Below are positions 51,174 to 63,643 of a stretch of 64,000 nucleotides of DNA, piece after piece (the first letter of the stretch is position 1; each line of letters begins with the position of its first letter). The DNA comes from Sphyrna mokarran (lineage: Eukaryota). The DNA lies in contig JAGIQG010000013.1 of assembly GCA_024679065.1 (NCBI GenBank), positions 40,858,001-40,922,000 of the forward strand. The letters are read 5' to 3'. A program made the translations under genes and the position numbers. The notes under the pieces are model-generated. The model was not told the DNA's origin. It made no database searches and was given only the letters and a program-made list of their open reading frames with translations.

Positions 51174-52721
51174 CTATAAAGAAAAAATAATTTATAGACT
51201 GCAGACTAGTAACAGAACAAGTTTACACAAAGTATTAATTAGAACCCCTGATACTAATGCTCAAACATTCACAATCCATTGGACAGAAAGGCTGATACTA
51301 AATGGTGATTAATGGGAGTCTAGAAGATTGGTATCTCCAACTAATAATCCTAATCAGAAGGTTAAAAGTTTGTCTCTTGGTTGCCGATTCTCTATTTTGT
51401 CTATTTCAGTAAGCTGAATGATGTCTGTTCCTCTCGGCTACAGAGTGAACAGCACGTGGAATAGACTGTGCATAAGGAGAACAACCAGCACCTATGTCAC
51501 TGAAATAGAAATAATCAATCCCTGGCTTTTTGTTAGTGTTCTACACCACCCCATGTGGGAAAGTAAAACAGATATTTAGATGCAAACTTAAATCTATTTT
51601 TCTATGGGCAGGCGTAACAGTGATTTGCCAGCTACCACAAAAAGGCTGGGTCATTACTGCACTAGAATGCCTATCTCATGAACAAAAATCCCAATCCCCA
51701 ATGCGCCCTCTTCCCCAATAACTATAACTGTCCGGATTACTGTGGCCACTACTGGATTTTGAACAATGATCTGCTGTTGCTCGTCCTACAGGAGATCCAG
51801 GCCTTTTGCCTGGATTATGGAGCAAGATCGTTCCACCAGTTGGCCACCTAAGCACCAGTTGGAAGGGAATATTTACCCCAAATATGTCTCTTAATATTTG
51901 AACTACAGAATAATTTTAGAGACTCAACTGCATTGAATGAAAGTGCAAACATAACAATGGTTTCAATATAAATCCCCTTGAAAGAATATATAAAAATTTG
52001 AAACACATACATACTGCGATCTGCACCAGAACATTATTTTGTCACCAAAATTCTGTTTGTATAATCAGTTTCTTCAGCTAAGTCAAGATGAATGTGATAT
52101 CTTGTCTATGAAGTTAGAAATGGCTACTTTCGGTCAAGTGTATTTTTTTTTTAAAAAAGAGCACCGTGAAGCAAACAACTGATCATGCTGCCAGATATTA
52201 AGAAAGAAGTGGTGACTGCAGTAGTGTCCCTAAAGGACATAGTGAATCATATTTTATTTTGTTTGATAAAGTTAGTAAGATGTTAGACATGAGTAAACAA
52301 TGGCAGAAAGTGTTAACAGACTGTTTATTATGATATGCACAGAATGAATATATTTTGAAACTATGTTTCATCGAGTCAAAAATAGTTATGAAAGATTTAG
52401 ATGCAATTATTGACTATTCAGTGTTATTAATATGTTATCAAGCTTAATACTGTGTCTGTATATGCTTCCAAGTATCTGTATGTGCACTTCACAATTGCTT
52501 GGATTTTTGATGAAATTTGGGACAATGCTTTGAGTGAGTTTACTTTTCCAGTTATTTTGAAGCAACCATGACTCTTTCAAGAAACCATATGTTTTCCAAT
52601 GTACCTGCGGGAATTAATACCATACAATTGCAAGAATGTACAAATAATAATCTTTTATCCAGTCTAATGTTATGAAAATCAAATTCTATTGTACCCATCA
52701 GTCTTATACCAGAGAGATTAC

Positions 52722-52844
52722 CTTAGGTACAGCAGCATGAAGATTCATTCCAAGTTTAGGAGCACTCAACATGAAAGAGTGCAACATATTGTTCCCATCT
52801 CCTATCCAAGATATAGTTAGACCACTCAGTGAGCCAAAATGTTC
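52722..52844 (-). CDS. OTC: OTC exon 6 ([41 protein letters not shown])
   Basis: 123 nt with ctttatag|...|gtaatc boundaries; contains the WIGDGNN motif. Confidence 0.97.
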
Positions 52845-54470
52845 CTATAAAGCACACACGCAGAATACATGTTAAAAGAGCAGAAAAATGTGTATTTTCT
52901 ATACAGCCTCTTGAACTTGAAACATTTACAACAGAAATAAGGTTAAATTGTCCTTGGAGATGATGATCCCGACGGAAGTACAAAAGAACTGCACTTTGAC
53001 CTGCTAGGGATGAACCCATTTTAACCCTGTCATATTTTCTTGAACCAACTTTTGAGTTTTAACATTCAGTGAAGGCTTCCAGCATGAGATGAGCCATCAA
53101 TTGGAGGCTTGCTCAAAGGATGGGGTGGGGTGACACTACTGTTGGGGTCAGGAAAGTCTCCTGCAGCACTGAAATGGTTGAAGCTGATGGATGGAGTAGG
53201 CCAGGACAACCTTGGAATAAAGATTAAATAGTGGTGCTGAAAACACTGAGGAGATAAAGCTGCACTTGTAAAGAGGCAAAAATAGGGTTAACATTTTAGG
53301 TCCATAAATTTTTGAGATACCTGGTGGCAAAGATTGAATAAAGAAAGCAGATTTGAGGGCACCACTCAAATGAAGCTGCCGTGATATAATTTTAACATGC
53401 ATATGATTTCCTCACATTTCTGCAAGAATTATTCTGTTTGTAAACAGATGTTTAGATTCAGAAGGGCTGTCCAAAATATGCAGTCATTTGAAAAGCCCTG
53501 TAAAAAAGGATCAATGAAAAATTTTCAGACTATTTATTTATGTTTTTATTCCAGTTCAATCCAATCAAGTCCAATTCAGAGTCTCAACAAGTTGAGACAT
53601 TCCTGATCCAAGCTGACAAGACAAGGCTCTCACCTCCTGTTCTGGGCTTGATCTACATGATCCAAGCTGATTCCATTACTTTGGTTCTGTTGACACTTAA
53701 GTTTTCTGAAGCCTTTTTGATGACTGTTGTGTTGGTTATAGGTGTGGTTTGTAATTATAACCACTAAACATCTGAACATAGTAATGAAAAGTTATAGTGT
53801 ATTCTCCTATTTTGGCTGCTGTGGTAAAGCTATTAAACATTTTTTTTGCTTTTGATACTGTTTCCAGTGAATAAATTACCAAATTCCCTTTTATTTACAA
53901 ACTGCATTATAGTTCTTTGAGTACTGCAGGCTCTGTGTTAGCATCTGGATTGTCAGGAGACCAGCCACCCCCAGTTATATCTAGAGAAAAGACTCCCCAA
54001 TTGGGCAGCCAAAACAAGCTCAATAGGGAGCTCATATTCTAAGAGGCCAACCTTGTTGAAGTCATTGCACCCAGTACATTACCAACAGCTCGCTTCTTCT
54101 GGACTGCCTTCTTGGGGACTTGCAACCCTCACTGGCAATAACAGCACGTGCCCACCATTCCTGCTCCTTCATATCCTCCAGGGAAAATCTCTTTGGATGC
54201 ACCAGAGAAACATTCAACTCTTTGGCCTTCTTCCAATTATTATATTTGCTCAAGAAATTACTAATGTCTAAAGTTCTGAAAATAGTCCTTCAAATTTTGC
54301 AGCAAATCAGTTTTCTTCCCACCAAGGGGAGAGTTCTCTGTTGCAGGCATTTTCCACAATTAGGACACACTATTATATTATCATCTAGGGATTGTGAATG
54401 CACCATAATCTGTGTAAATACAATTTGGACACTAACTCACTTCTGGTCAAGCTCATGCCTAATCCTAAGG

Positions 54471-54760
54471 GGTGGCACAGTGGCACTTTGGTTAGTACTA
54501 CTATCTCACAGTGCCAGGGATGTGGGTTTGATTCCTGGCTTGGGTGACTGTGTGGAGACTGCACACTCTCTCTGTGTCTGATTCCTCTGGGTGCTCTAGT
54601 TTTCTCACACAGTCTGAAAGATGTGCTGGTTAGGTGCATTGGCCATGTTAAATTTGCCCTCAGAATTCTGAATAGGCACTGGAGTGTGGATTTTTCAAAG
54701 TAACATCATTGCAGTGTTAACGTAAGCCTATTTGTCGCACTATTAAATAAATTTTAAACG
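54471..54760 (+). mobile_element. tRNA/V-core SINE with a non-CR1 tail (type B)
   Basis: Same head and core as type A, but the tail is gcagtgttaa.gtaagccta.ttgt..cacta.taaataaa. Other copies at ~1201-1930(-), 18585-18856(-), 41900-41970(+), 56553-56646(-) and 57385-57625(-). Confidence 0.8.
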
Positions 54761-55176
54761 TTAATCCAAAAAAGAAATCAATGCCTGAGTATCAGTGGGT
54801 TCCTCAACTTTGGTGTGCATTAGAGCTGAGCTGAGCCCTCTACTCCAATTTCCATATTTTCAAGCAAGAGCTATCAGGATTGACAGCGGCATTTCTCTCA
54901 GGTAGAGATGGCATTGAAAGGAAAAATGGAGAACAGTGAAGGGGAATGAAATGGAATAAGGGTGAAAAAGGGTGAAGTGGATCCTACAGAATGGGGGAAT
55001 TTGTGAAAGGTTTTGTGGAAATAAGTTGCAAAGTAACAAAGTTCGCAAATTTGCACAGCACCAGAACCACTCATCATTCAAATTAAACTACAATCATGAA
55101 TTAAATGTGAGATTATGAAGCATTTTTCTCCCTGGATGATTGTTAAATTCAATCAACTGAAATACTTTGGAGATAC

Positions 55177-55330
55177 CTGAAGTGTAAGGTAATCAGCCAG
55201 GATCTGGATAGGATGATAAAGCTCTGACAATCCATTAATCACGGGAACTGAGCCATCTTCTGCCAACTGTTCCAGATCAGAGTGTTTATAGACCCTGGCG
55301 AGGATCAGATCAGTAAACCTGGACAAAACC
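55177..55330 (-). CDS. OTC: OTC exon 5 ((R)[51 protein letters not shown])
   Basis: 154 nt with tttcag|...cag|gtatct boundaries; contains the HPxQ carbamoyl-phosphate-binding motif. Confidence 0.97.
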
Positions 55331-57683
55331 CTGAAACATGATCAAAGAGATCCAAATATTAGCAAAGAATTTCACATTTAGAAACAAAAAAAATCAAGTA
55401 AGAATCAAATGTAAATATAGCAATTTTGCAAATGCACATAACTATCAACCACAATCATATTTGACAACGTCAGAGTGCATATTCACAGCTAACTATGCTG
55501 AGGATTCTGAGTTAATCTTCTTTCAGTCAGGACCCTTCCTTGGGTTGAACCAGAGAACGTTCTAGCCCATCTGTTTGATACAGTTGGAAGGCAGATTATA
55601 GGTATGAACAAATATTTGAGTGCACTGTGGCTGCCAGCTCACCAATTCATTTTTTAAAAAAAAACAGCTTCTGTGCAAAGATATGTAGTTTGAAATGTGT
55701 TCCTCATGACTCTGGTGACCCTGCTAAGTTGTGACTTACAAGGGATTAATTAGAAATGCCGAGCTGTTCTTTGACTGATCAACTGCCAGGACAAGATCAA
55801 TTTCACAAGAAAGTCAACATGGATTGTTCTCAGGTCAATTTAACCAATCACATGGATTACTGAAATTAACAGAAAGATTTTGCAAAACACTGCACATCTT
55901 TATATCTTCTCCCTATTTTCTCCCAGTTCTCTTTACCTGAAAATGATGCTCCTGCTAATGTGTGGAGCAGAATTTTTATTCGATTAAGAGGGCAGAATGA
56001 GGGTTGGCAGACGGTTCCTTAAACCTGCCCCTTGGGTGAAGTATATCAGGTTTTCCACCACAGATCCGATACTTTCCAAGCCTAAAAGGCTCTTTCAAGA
56101 GCCTCAAGGGCTAACCCATCTGACATCGCTAAATGGTCACATTAGCTACTTAAGAGCTTGCTTTCAGCTTTTTAAAGACCAGTTTTCAATTTTCACTCAG
56201 AGGCATGGGATCCTAGCAGCATCTAAAATATGACAGGGAGGAGGAGGTGCAAATAAAGTGGGAAACCAATGACAACTTTGGCACACTAACAGGAGACTCC
56301 ATCAAAAAGGGAAGGCTGGGAAAAGGCCATTGTTGCAGGAGAATAAAGCAACTAGTAAAGTTATAAAAGGAACAATGAAGCTATAGCAATGGTCACCAAG
56401 ATACTCAACGTTATCCAGCCTTACTAGCTACCCATAGCAACCAATAGTATAGCAACCCAGTAGGACAACTTATGGTTAGTTATGTCTACACAATGGATCA
56501 TGAATGTGGTTAGTTAACCAGCATCAGTGAAGATGCTGTGTGGCTTTTCTAAAAGTTAAAGTTTATTTGTTTGTTGCAAATAGGCTTACATTAACACTGC
56601 AATGAAATTACTGTAAAAATCCCCTAGTTGCCACATTCCAGCACCTGATATGTGACATGATTATGTCTTATATATCTGTAACTAGGTCAATGTATTATTA
56701 AGCCTGGCAATACTGGGTGTTGACCGTTATTGTATCTATGATCTCCGGGCATATGCTTGAATAAAAACTCCTAATATGAAATACTGACTCCGTGCTGATT
56801 CCAGGGAATCTCCACAACACCCTCAATACTAGGGAAATGCAGATTTCAGAGAATTATCAATCACATCTCCTGACTCTTGACAAGGAGTAAGGGAAGTTGG
56901 ATGGTCCCTCTTCTTACAAACCTCATGATATATCAGAGGGTGTTCAGAAAGACTGCACATTCCAATTGAAATTAAAGAAAAACATAAAAAGACATGAGAT
57001 AAGTCTGAGATAGGATTGAGTAGCAATGGGGAGCAGTATCTCTAGTAGCGGGGCCAGATCCATAGGAAAAAGGGCTGCAGAAGTCAGGAACAAAGGGCAG
57101 GAAGGCAATGACAGTGATAGCCTCTGCAGTCTCTTTACTGACGATGGAGAAGGTACTGGATCATGTGAAATGTCAATGCTGTAGAAGGCTGTGCCTGTCC
57201 AGGCATATATCCCCATGATTAATCTTTTATCAAAGTCAAACAATATCCCAAATAACATTATCAATTAGATAGCCTCTGTTCATGGTCACTGCTACAAATT
57301 ATTACCTCTATGGACCAAGGATGAGGTAGAGGCAGACTGCTTTTAGGGCCTGCATGGGTCCCAAGATCAAAGACACACTACAATGCTTACATTAACACTA
57401 CAATGAAGTTACTGTGAAAATCCCCTAATTGCCACACTCTGGCATCTGTCTGGGTACCCCGATGGAAAAATTTAGCATGGCCAATGCATCTAACCACTGT
57501 GAGAAGAAACCAGTGCACCCAGTGGAAACCCACACAGTACAGGGAGAACATACAGACTCCGCACAGACAGTGACCCAAGCCAGAAATCGAACTCGGGTCC
57601 CTTGCTCTGTGAGGCAGTGCTGCCCACTTCGGTGCAAAGAGATCTGAGCGTCCTCATGGAAAAGTTGCAGAAACCTACTATGC

Positions 57684-58335
57684 AGGGCTGCACAGTGGTT
57701 AACACTGCTGCCTCACAGCTTCAGGGACTAAGGTTCAATTCTGGCCTTGGGTCTGTGTGTGGAATTTGCACAATCTTTCCTTGTCTGTGTGGGTTTCCTC
57801 CAAGTGTCCAGTTTCTTCTTACAGGCCAAAAACGTGCAGGTTAGGTGGATTGGCCATGGTAAATTTAATGTCCTAGGATATGTAGGTTAGACACATTTGC
57901 CATGGTAAATGTGTAGGGTTATGGGAAAGGGTTGGGGAGAGGGCCTGAATAAGCTATTCTGTCAGAGGGTTGGCGCAGACTCAATGAGCTAAACAACCTC
58001 TTATGGATTCTAGAGATTCTACAATGATAAAAAGAGGCCATTTGGCCCATCGTGTTTGCACTGACAATAATCCCACATAGGCTCTTTCACCCTAACTCCA
58101 CATATTTACCCTGCTAATCCCTCTAATCTATGCATCCCGGGACACTAAGGGGCAATTTAGCAGGGCCAATCCACCTAACCCACACATCTTTGGACTGTAG
58201 GAGGAAACCTGAGGAAACTGGAGGAAAGCCACGCAGACATGGGGAGAATGGCAAACTCCACACAACAGTGAGTCAAGCCAGGTATCAAACCCTGGAGTTG
58301 TAAGGCGGCGGCGCGAACCATTATGCCTCCGTGCT
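57684..58335. mobile_element. Tail-to-tail pair of type A SINEs (+ 57684-58025, - 58011-58335)
   Basis: Two SINE bodies in opposite orientation whose CR1-type tails meet near 58010-58025. Confidence 0.75.
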
Positions 58336-59118
58336 ACCCCATGGCTTTCATGGGGTATGCGTCATCAAAGGCTCCTGCACCAGCTACAGTGTATTGTGGG
58401 CTCATTCTGTCACAGGGTGTGAATCCACAAATGCCAGATGCTTTACATACAGAAGGGGCCATGGTGGCGCACGATGATGAGAATGATGAAGAAGAAGCCC
58501 CATGATATGTTTATCATGGCCTATTGCCTCTTCAAGCTTTCATCGCACCTATAACTGCCCATCTACTCCATTCTCAGTTATGCTATTTGTGCCACTGACC
58601 TGTCATGGATATAGAATAAAGCAAGCATTTGCTGAGTAATTCTATGTATGGCTTATCATGAGATTGGCCATTTTTAGCATCTTACATGGAATTTCTGCAA
58701 TTTTTCTATGCATCATAAAAAGAAAGCAGTTTACACTTAAAGGGCATTAGGGTAGATTTTTCTGGTCTTAGTCTCCAAGTTGCATCTGAAACCTAGTATT
58801 GTGCACAAGAAATATGGCCATCAATTCTTGAGCTTTCCTCCTATAATTAGGAGTGGAGCTAAATTTCTTGAATGGCTTCTCAGATGGTTGCACTTACACA
58901 CAGTACAGCAATGTAAATTAAATCGAAATGAATGTCAGCTGCCAGTTGCACTGATACAGATTTATATCTCATAGAATCCCTATATTGCAGAAAGAGGCTT
59001 CAGCCCATCTAGTCTGCACCAAAGCTTCGATAGAGCACCTTACCCCAAGTTCACTAATCCTTATAACCCATGCATTTACCTCGCTAATTCCCCTAACCTA
59101 CACATCTTTGGATACTAA

Positions 59119-59243
59119 GGGTGGGATTTTCTGGCCGCGCTCACCCCAAAACTGGAAAATCCCACCTAAGGTCAATAGACCTTTGCAAGGTCTGTCTCTC
59201 CCTGCTCCGATTCCTGTGGCAGACAGAGGAGGAAAGTTTTCCC
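59119..59243. mobile_element. Short Harbinger-type MITE inserted in a SINE (related copy at ~42667-42778)
   Basis: Ends gggtgggatttt / aaagttttccc, flanked by TAA/TGA. Confidence 0.6.
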
Positions 59244-61224
59244 TGAAGGTGCCACCTAATCTGCACATCTTTGGATTGTGGGAGGAAACCAGATTTTGTC
59301 TCTGAGGGTTAAGTGTCTTTGCCACTGAGAGTTGCGGGGAAAGAAGCATTGTGAATATTTGAGGCTGAGATAGGTTTGATCACTAAAGGAATCAAGATTT
59401 ATTGGGAAAGGAATCAAGGGGAAAGAGCAAGAAAGTGGATGTGAGGAATGTCAGATCAGCGATGATCCTATTGAATAGCAGAGCAAGCTCCAGGTACTGA
59501 ACAACTTATTCATGTTTCTATTTCCTATGGTCTTATGGAGTCTTTCTGTGGAAACTCAAAAGGTGCTTGAAGTTTGCCTGCAATGTACAGGTGAGGCCCA
59601 ATTTGAGGCTGGCTATGACCATTTGGTCAAGTGGGCACTGCTTGCAATGTACTCACCAGAAACTAATTATACTGAAATACTCAATGGTGCAGATTTCATC
59701 TTTTACAATATGGCTTACTTGGAAGACGACAGTGGGAAACAACAAAAACTCAGCTTCTAATTAATTTGCTTTGCCTACATAAACCGTTAATAACTGTTTC
59801 GCTCATTCAAGACAGAGAATCCATCTTTCTGACTTTATTGCACCTTGAATAAAAGGTAAAATCAATGCCTATCTTCTCCTTCACTGTAACATTTCATGCA
59901 GACATTTACACCCTGTCTGACTATTTAGCTATCAACCCCTCCAATGCAGACTGACACGAACAGCTGTTGACGTTCAAGCTATGGAACACTTTAATTAGGG
60001 ATGGAAGTCAATGTGAAAGCATGCAAATAAAGGCTTCTGCACCATTTAAATTACTCTTCCAGCTGTCCTCATAACAAAAGTCCTCTTTCATTATGTGCAA
60101 ATATCAACGTGTTTTAAGTTCAATAATGGGGCTTCATTTAACCTGCCTTTTAATACTGCCATTGCCTTTAAGGCTTAGGCATTGCTTGGACTTCCTGTCC
60201 TCACAAAAGGTAATTAACCAATAGGGTGCCTTGGTCCTCATGCTGCCCCATTCCCATGGTAACGATGGCCAAAGGCAGAAGTATCTACTGTTCCGTTCAG
60301 GTCAGGTCCACAGTGTGTCATATTTCCGGAACATTATGCTTCCCTTGCCCCATTACTTATCCTGGAAAATTGGCCCAATTATGTTTATTACCATGTGAAA
60401 AGATGTGAAGTAACTGCTCAAGGCACTATTTTCTTTTGCTGGGTTATTGCTGTGCAAACCTGAAAGATTAGTGCTGCAATTTCAGCAGACAATGATCTAA
60501 AGATTAAGACGTCTTAGCTGTTCCATCAATAGGAATGTTGAGTGGTCTACGTTAAAAGATGAGAATGTACAAAGCACCATTAGGTGGCTCAGTCCTAACT
60601 ATTCCTCAAGAAAGCTCTATTTGTGTTAGGACTCTAAACAGCACTGTAATGGAGGTTGCTCAGCAACAGTATGTGCATCAGCTTGAGCTTGATGTATTTA
60701 TACCCTGCTCTGACTTCAATATTGTAATGTCAGATATTTCAGAATATTTACTTTGATGCAAAACCATTAATTAAACATATGTTTTTAATTGGCTGCGTCT
60801 GGAACAAAAGGCAATTTAAAGAGTTGTAGTTTTGGCCTAACTTCCTTTTTTAAAAACCTTTTGTGGGGGGTTAATTGCTGGAATTACTTGATGACGTTCT
60901 GTAAATTTGGAATACTAAACTTAATACAATAATTGCATTAGGGTGAGCATAATCCGATTTAAGATCATGTTGACCGCTACAATTTAACACCTACCCAGCA
61001 TTACAGATACTGATTTGACAATATGCACAAATTTTAGTCAAAATAGCCTGACTGAAAGCGCAGGTGTTTCATGTGTATGATTGCTTAGCAAACATTTACC
61101 ATCGTTCAGTACAAAGATTTCCAGTCTTTGGCTGAGGATTTACTGGCTCCACCACGGTGGGTCTCACAGCAGGGGATGCAATGCCTCAACCAAAAGTCAC
61201 CGGAGCGATGGAGGTTGACGGGAA

Positions 61225-61605
61225 ACCTGATAGAAGTCTACAAGATTATGAGAGGCGGGCAGAGTGGATAATCAGAAGCTTTCTCCCAGGGTGGAAGAGT
61301 CAATTACTAGGGGACATATTTTTAAGGTGCAAGGAGCAAGGTTTAAAGGAGAGATACGAGGCAGATTTTTTTTCTTTTTACACAGAGTATAGTGGGTGGC
61401 TGGAACTCGTTGTCGTGGGAGGTAGTGGAAACAGATACAGTAGTGACATTTAAGGTGTGTCTTGACAAGTACATGAACAGCATGGAAATAGAGGGATATG
61501 GGTCCCTGGAAGGGTAGGAGGTTTTAGTTAAGTCGGGCAGTGTGGTCAGTGCAGGTGTGGAGGGCCGAAGGGGCTCTTCCTGTGCTGTAATTTTCTTTGT
61601 TCTTT
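61225..61605 (+). mobile_element. CR1 LINE 3' terminal fragment
   Basis: Same subfamily as 38843-39160; ends in ctgtgctgtaattttctttgttctttg. Confidence 0.8.
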
Positions 61606-62914
61606 GATTTTCTGCAAGACTGGATAATTTCAGTGGAAGGTGGGTCTGGAAAATCCCACCCTTTATCTTTCAGCAAAGTTTGGAATTTTGATATAAATTT
61701 ATCAGACCCTGTGGAATTTTTGCAGATTATATCCAGCAGTATTTTGACTGCAGAGTGATAATGACACTCAACCAGACTGCCAGATCCACCCCACTTTCCA
61801 CCCAAAGCATCACTGGGTCTAGATTGTCCTTTCCATAATTCACCATGTTGGAGTTGCTCATGGTTATTGGACTGGCTTTCTTTATTTGGATCAATTGTTC
61901 CAGTTGGTTGAATTGACCATGGTGACTCTTCCCCATTCCATTCAACAATGCTGGTGTTCCTGTGGTGTGCTTTCACCTGTTATACACTTCACCTTAGCAA
62001 GCAACCAATAAAACAGTAAAGCAACAATCAAAGAAAAAAAATTTACGCTGTGCTTTTACTAACAAATACACATTAAAGATTGAAATAGATGGGTATAGTC
62101 TGTGCAAATGAGAATTGAGATCACATGTTCAACAACTTGTGTTTAGTAGTCTTATAATTATAAATCAAAAATGCAATTAGCCTAGCCACATCTGGCTAAG
62201 ATATTGGGGAACACCTAGGATTCTATCAATCTTTTTGCTATTTATTTTCCATAGACTCTTTATTTCCTTTAAGAGTTCCTTTACAGTTTAATAGGAATAA
62301 AACACTAGTTAACAATGTATATTTTTACAAACATAACATACTGTATTACAGAATACATCATGCAACATAATTCTTTCACCCTCTGGAGTTTTCGTGTCTC
62401 CTTCCAGCAGCTTGTGTGCCTAATACTAGGATGTGGGCTTCTTTCGGTTGGTTTCTTTTGTCTCATAATTATAGGCTGTGCTACAATTTCATGAGAAGCT
62501 TTGTGTAAGTCACAACAGTAAGTGGTTGTACTAATTGTACAGAGCTCCTGTATATACAGTAAACTGGGTAGTAAACTATGTAATTAAGCCCCGTTGCTCT
62601 GATATCACTTGAATGTTTTGTGCTTGTTTCACAGCTCATAGTGCCAGATAGCCCAGCCCCATTACCCAGGATGCAGCAACAAATGCAGGAGAAACAATGG
62701 AAAGCCCATCATTAAAATAAAGAAGTGCAGAGTCACATGGAGTATTAACCAGAGGATTATACTACTGAGTAAAGGGTTTATTATAAAATGCCATGCTCTC
62801 TGTTGAAAGACCCAGTATCAGTGAAACATTGCACGAAAAATAAACAGCTTTTGAAGTTGATTCTAAATCCGATCTTTCCAGTCTGATAAAATTTCTTTAA
62901 AGAATTCCTTCAAA

Positions 62915-63232
62915 GGCATGGTGGCACAATGGTTAGCACTGCTGCCTCACAGCACCAGCGACCCAGGTTCAATTCTGGTCTCGGGTCACTGCCTATGTGG
63001 AGTTTGCATGTTCTCCCCCTGTCTGTACGGGTAGCCCTTGTGCTCCAGATTCCTCCCATAAGCCAATGATGTACAGGTTAGGTGGATTGGCCATGTTAAA
63101 TCAGCGTCAGGGGATTAGCAGGGTAACTAAATGAGATTACAAGGATAGGCCTTAGATGGGATTGTTGTCAGTGCAGGCTCGATGGATCAAATGGCCTCCT
63201 TCTGCACTGTAGGGATTCCCAATGATTCTATG
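62915..63232 (+). mobile_element. HE1-like tRNA/V-core SINE with CR1 tail (type A), full length
   Basis: A-box tggcacaatgg, B-box ggttcaattc, core ggagtttgcatgttctcccc, and tail tggcctccttctgcactgtagggatt..tctatg. Other copies at ~32213-32700(-), 37512-37790(-), 42260-42545(+), 42778-42995(-) and 58968-59290(-). Confidence 0.85.
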
Positions 63233-63643
63233 AAATGACAGTGAAAAGAGAGCTAATTTTTAGAATGATGGATACAAAGAACAGCATTTATTTAAAAAAT
63301 AGATAATTCCCTATGCTTTCCTTAATTTTGAGTGTACTATTTAAGCAGACACTTGAACAATGAGAAGTGTAAAAGCTGTGGCTTGTACAAAGCATATTAT
63401 ATACAGTAACATATCAAATAAAAAAAAGGGTACAACACATGGGCTAATATTAAAAACCATTACTTTCAAAAGGTATTCGTATACAAATCTCTATCGTTTG
63501 GTCAGTGCTGATCATTTGTATGCTGACACGAGAATCTTGAAATGTAGCTGCATTAGAAGGGAAGGTTCCCAAGTGGAAACTGCATCATCTCCCTGCATCA
63601 GCAAGGAGAAATTACCAAATGTGGTCCCTGGCACCATCTAGTG

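Noticed and set aside
56651-56819. Possible solo LTRs (also ~15860-16046 and ~30000-30697)
   Set aside because: They have TG..CA-like ends and AATAAA, but no TSD or second copy to confirm them.
62915-62990. tRNA genes
   Set aside because: The A/B-box sequences are SINE heads followed by core and tail; no full cloverleaf is evident.
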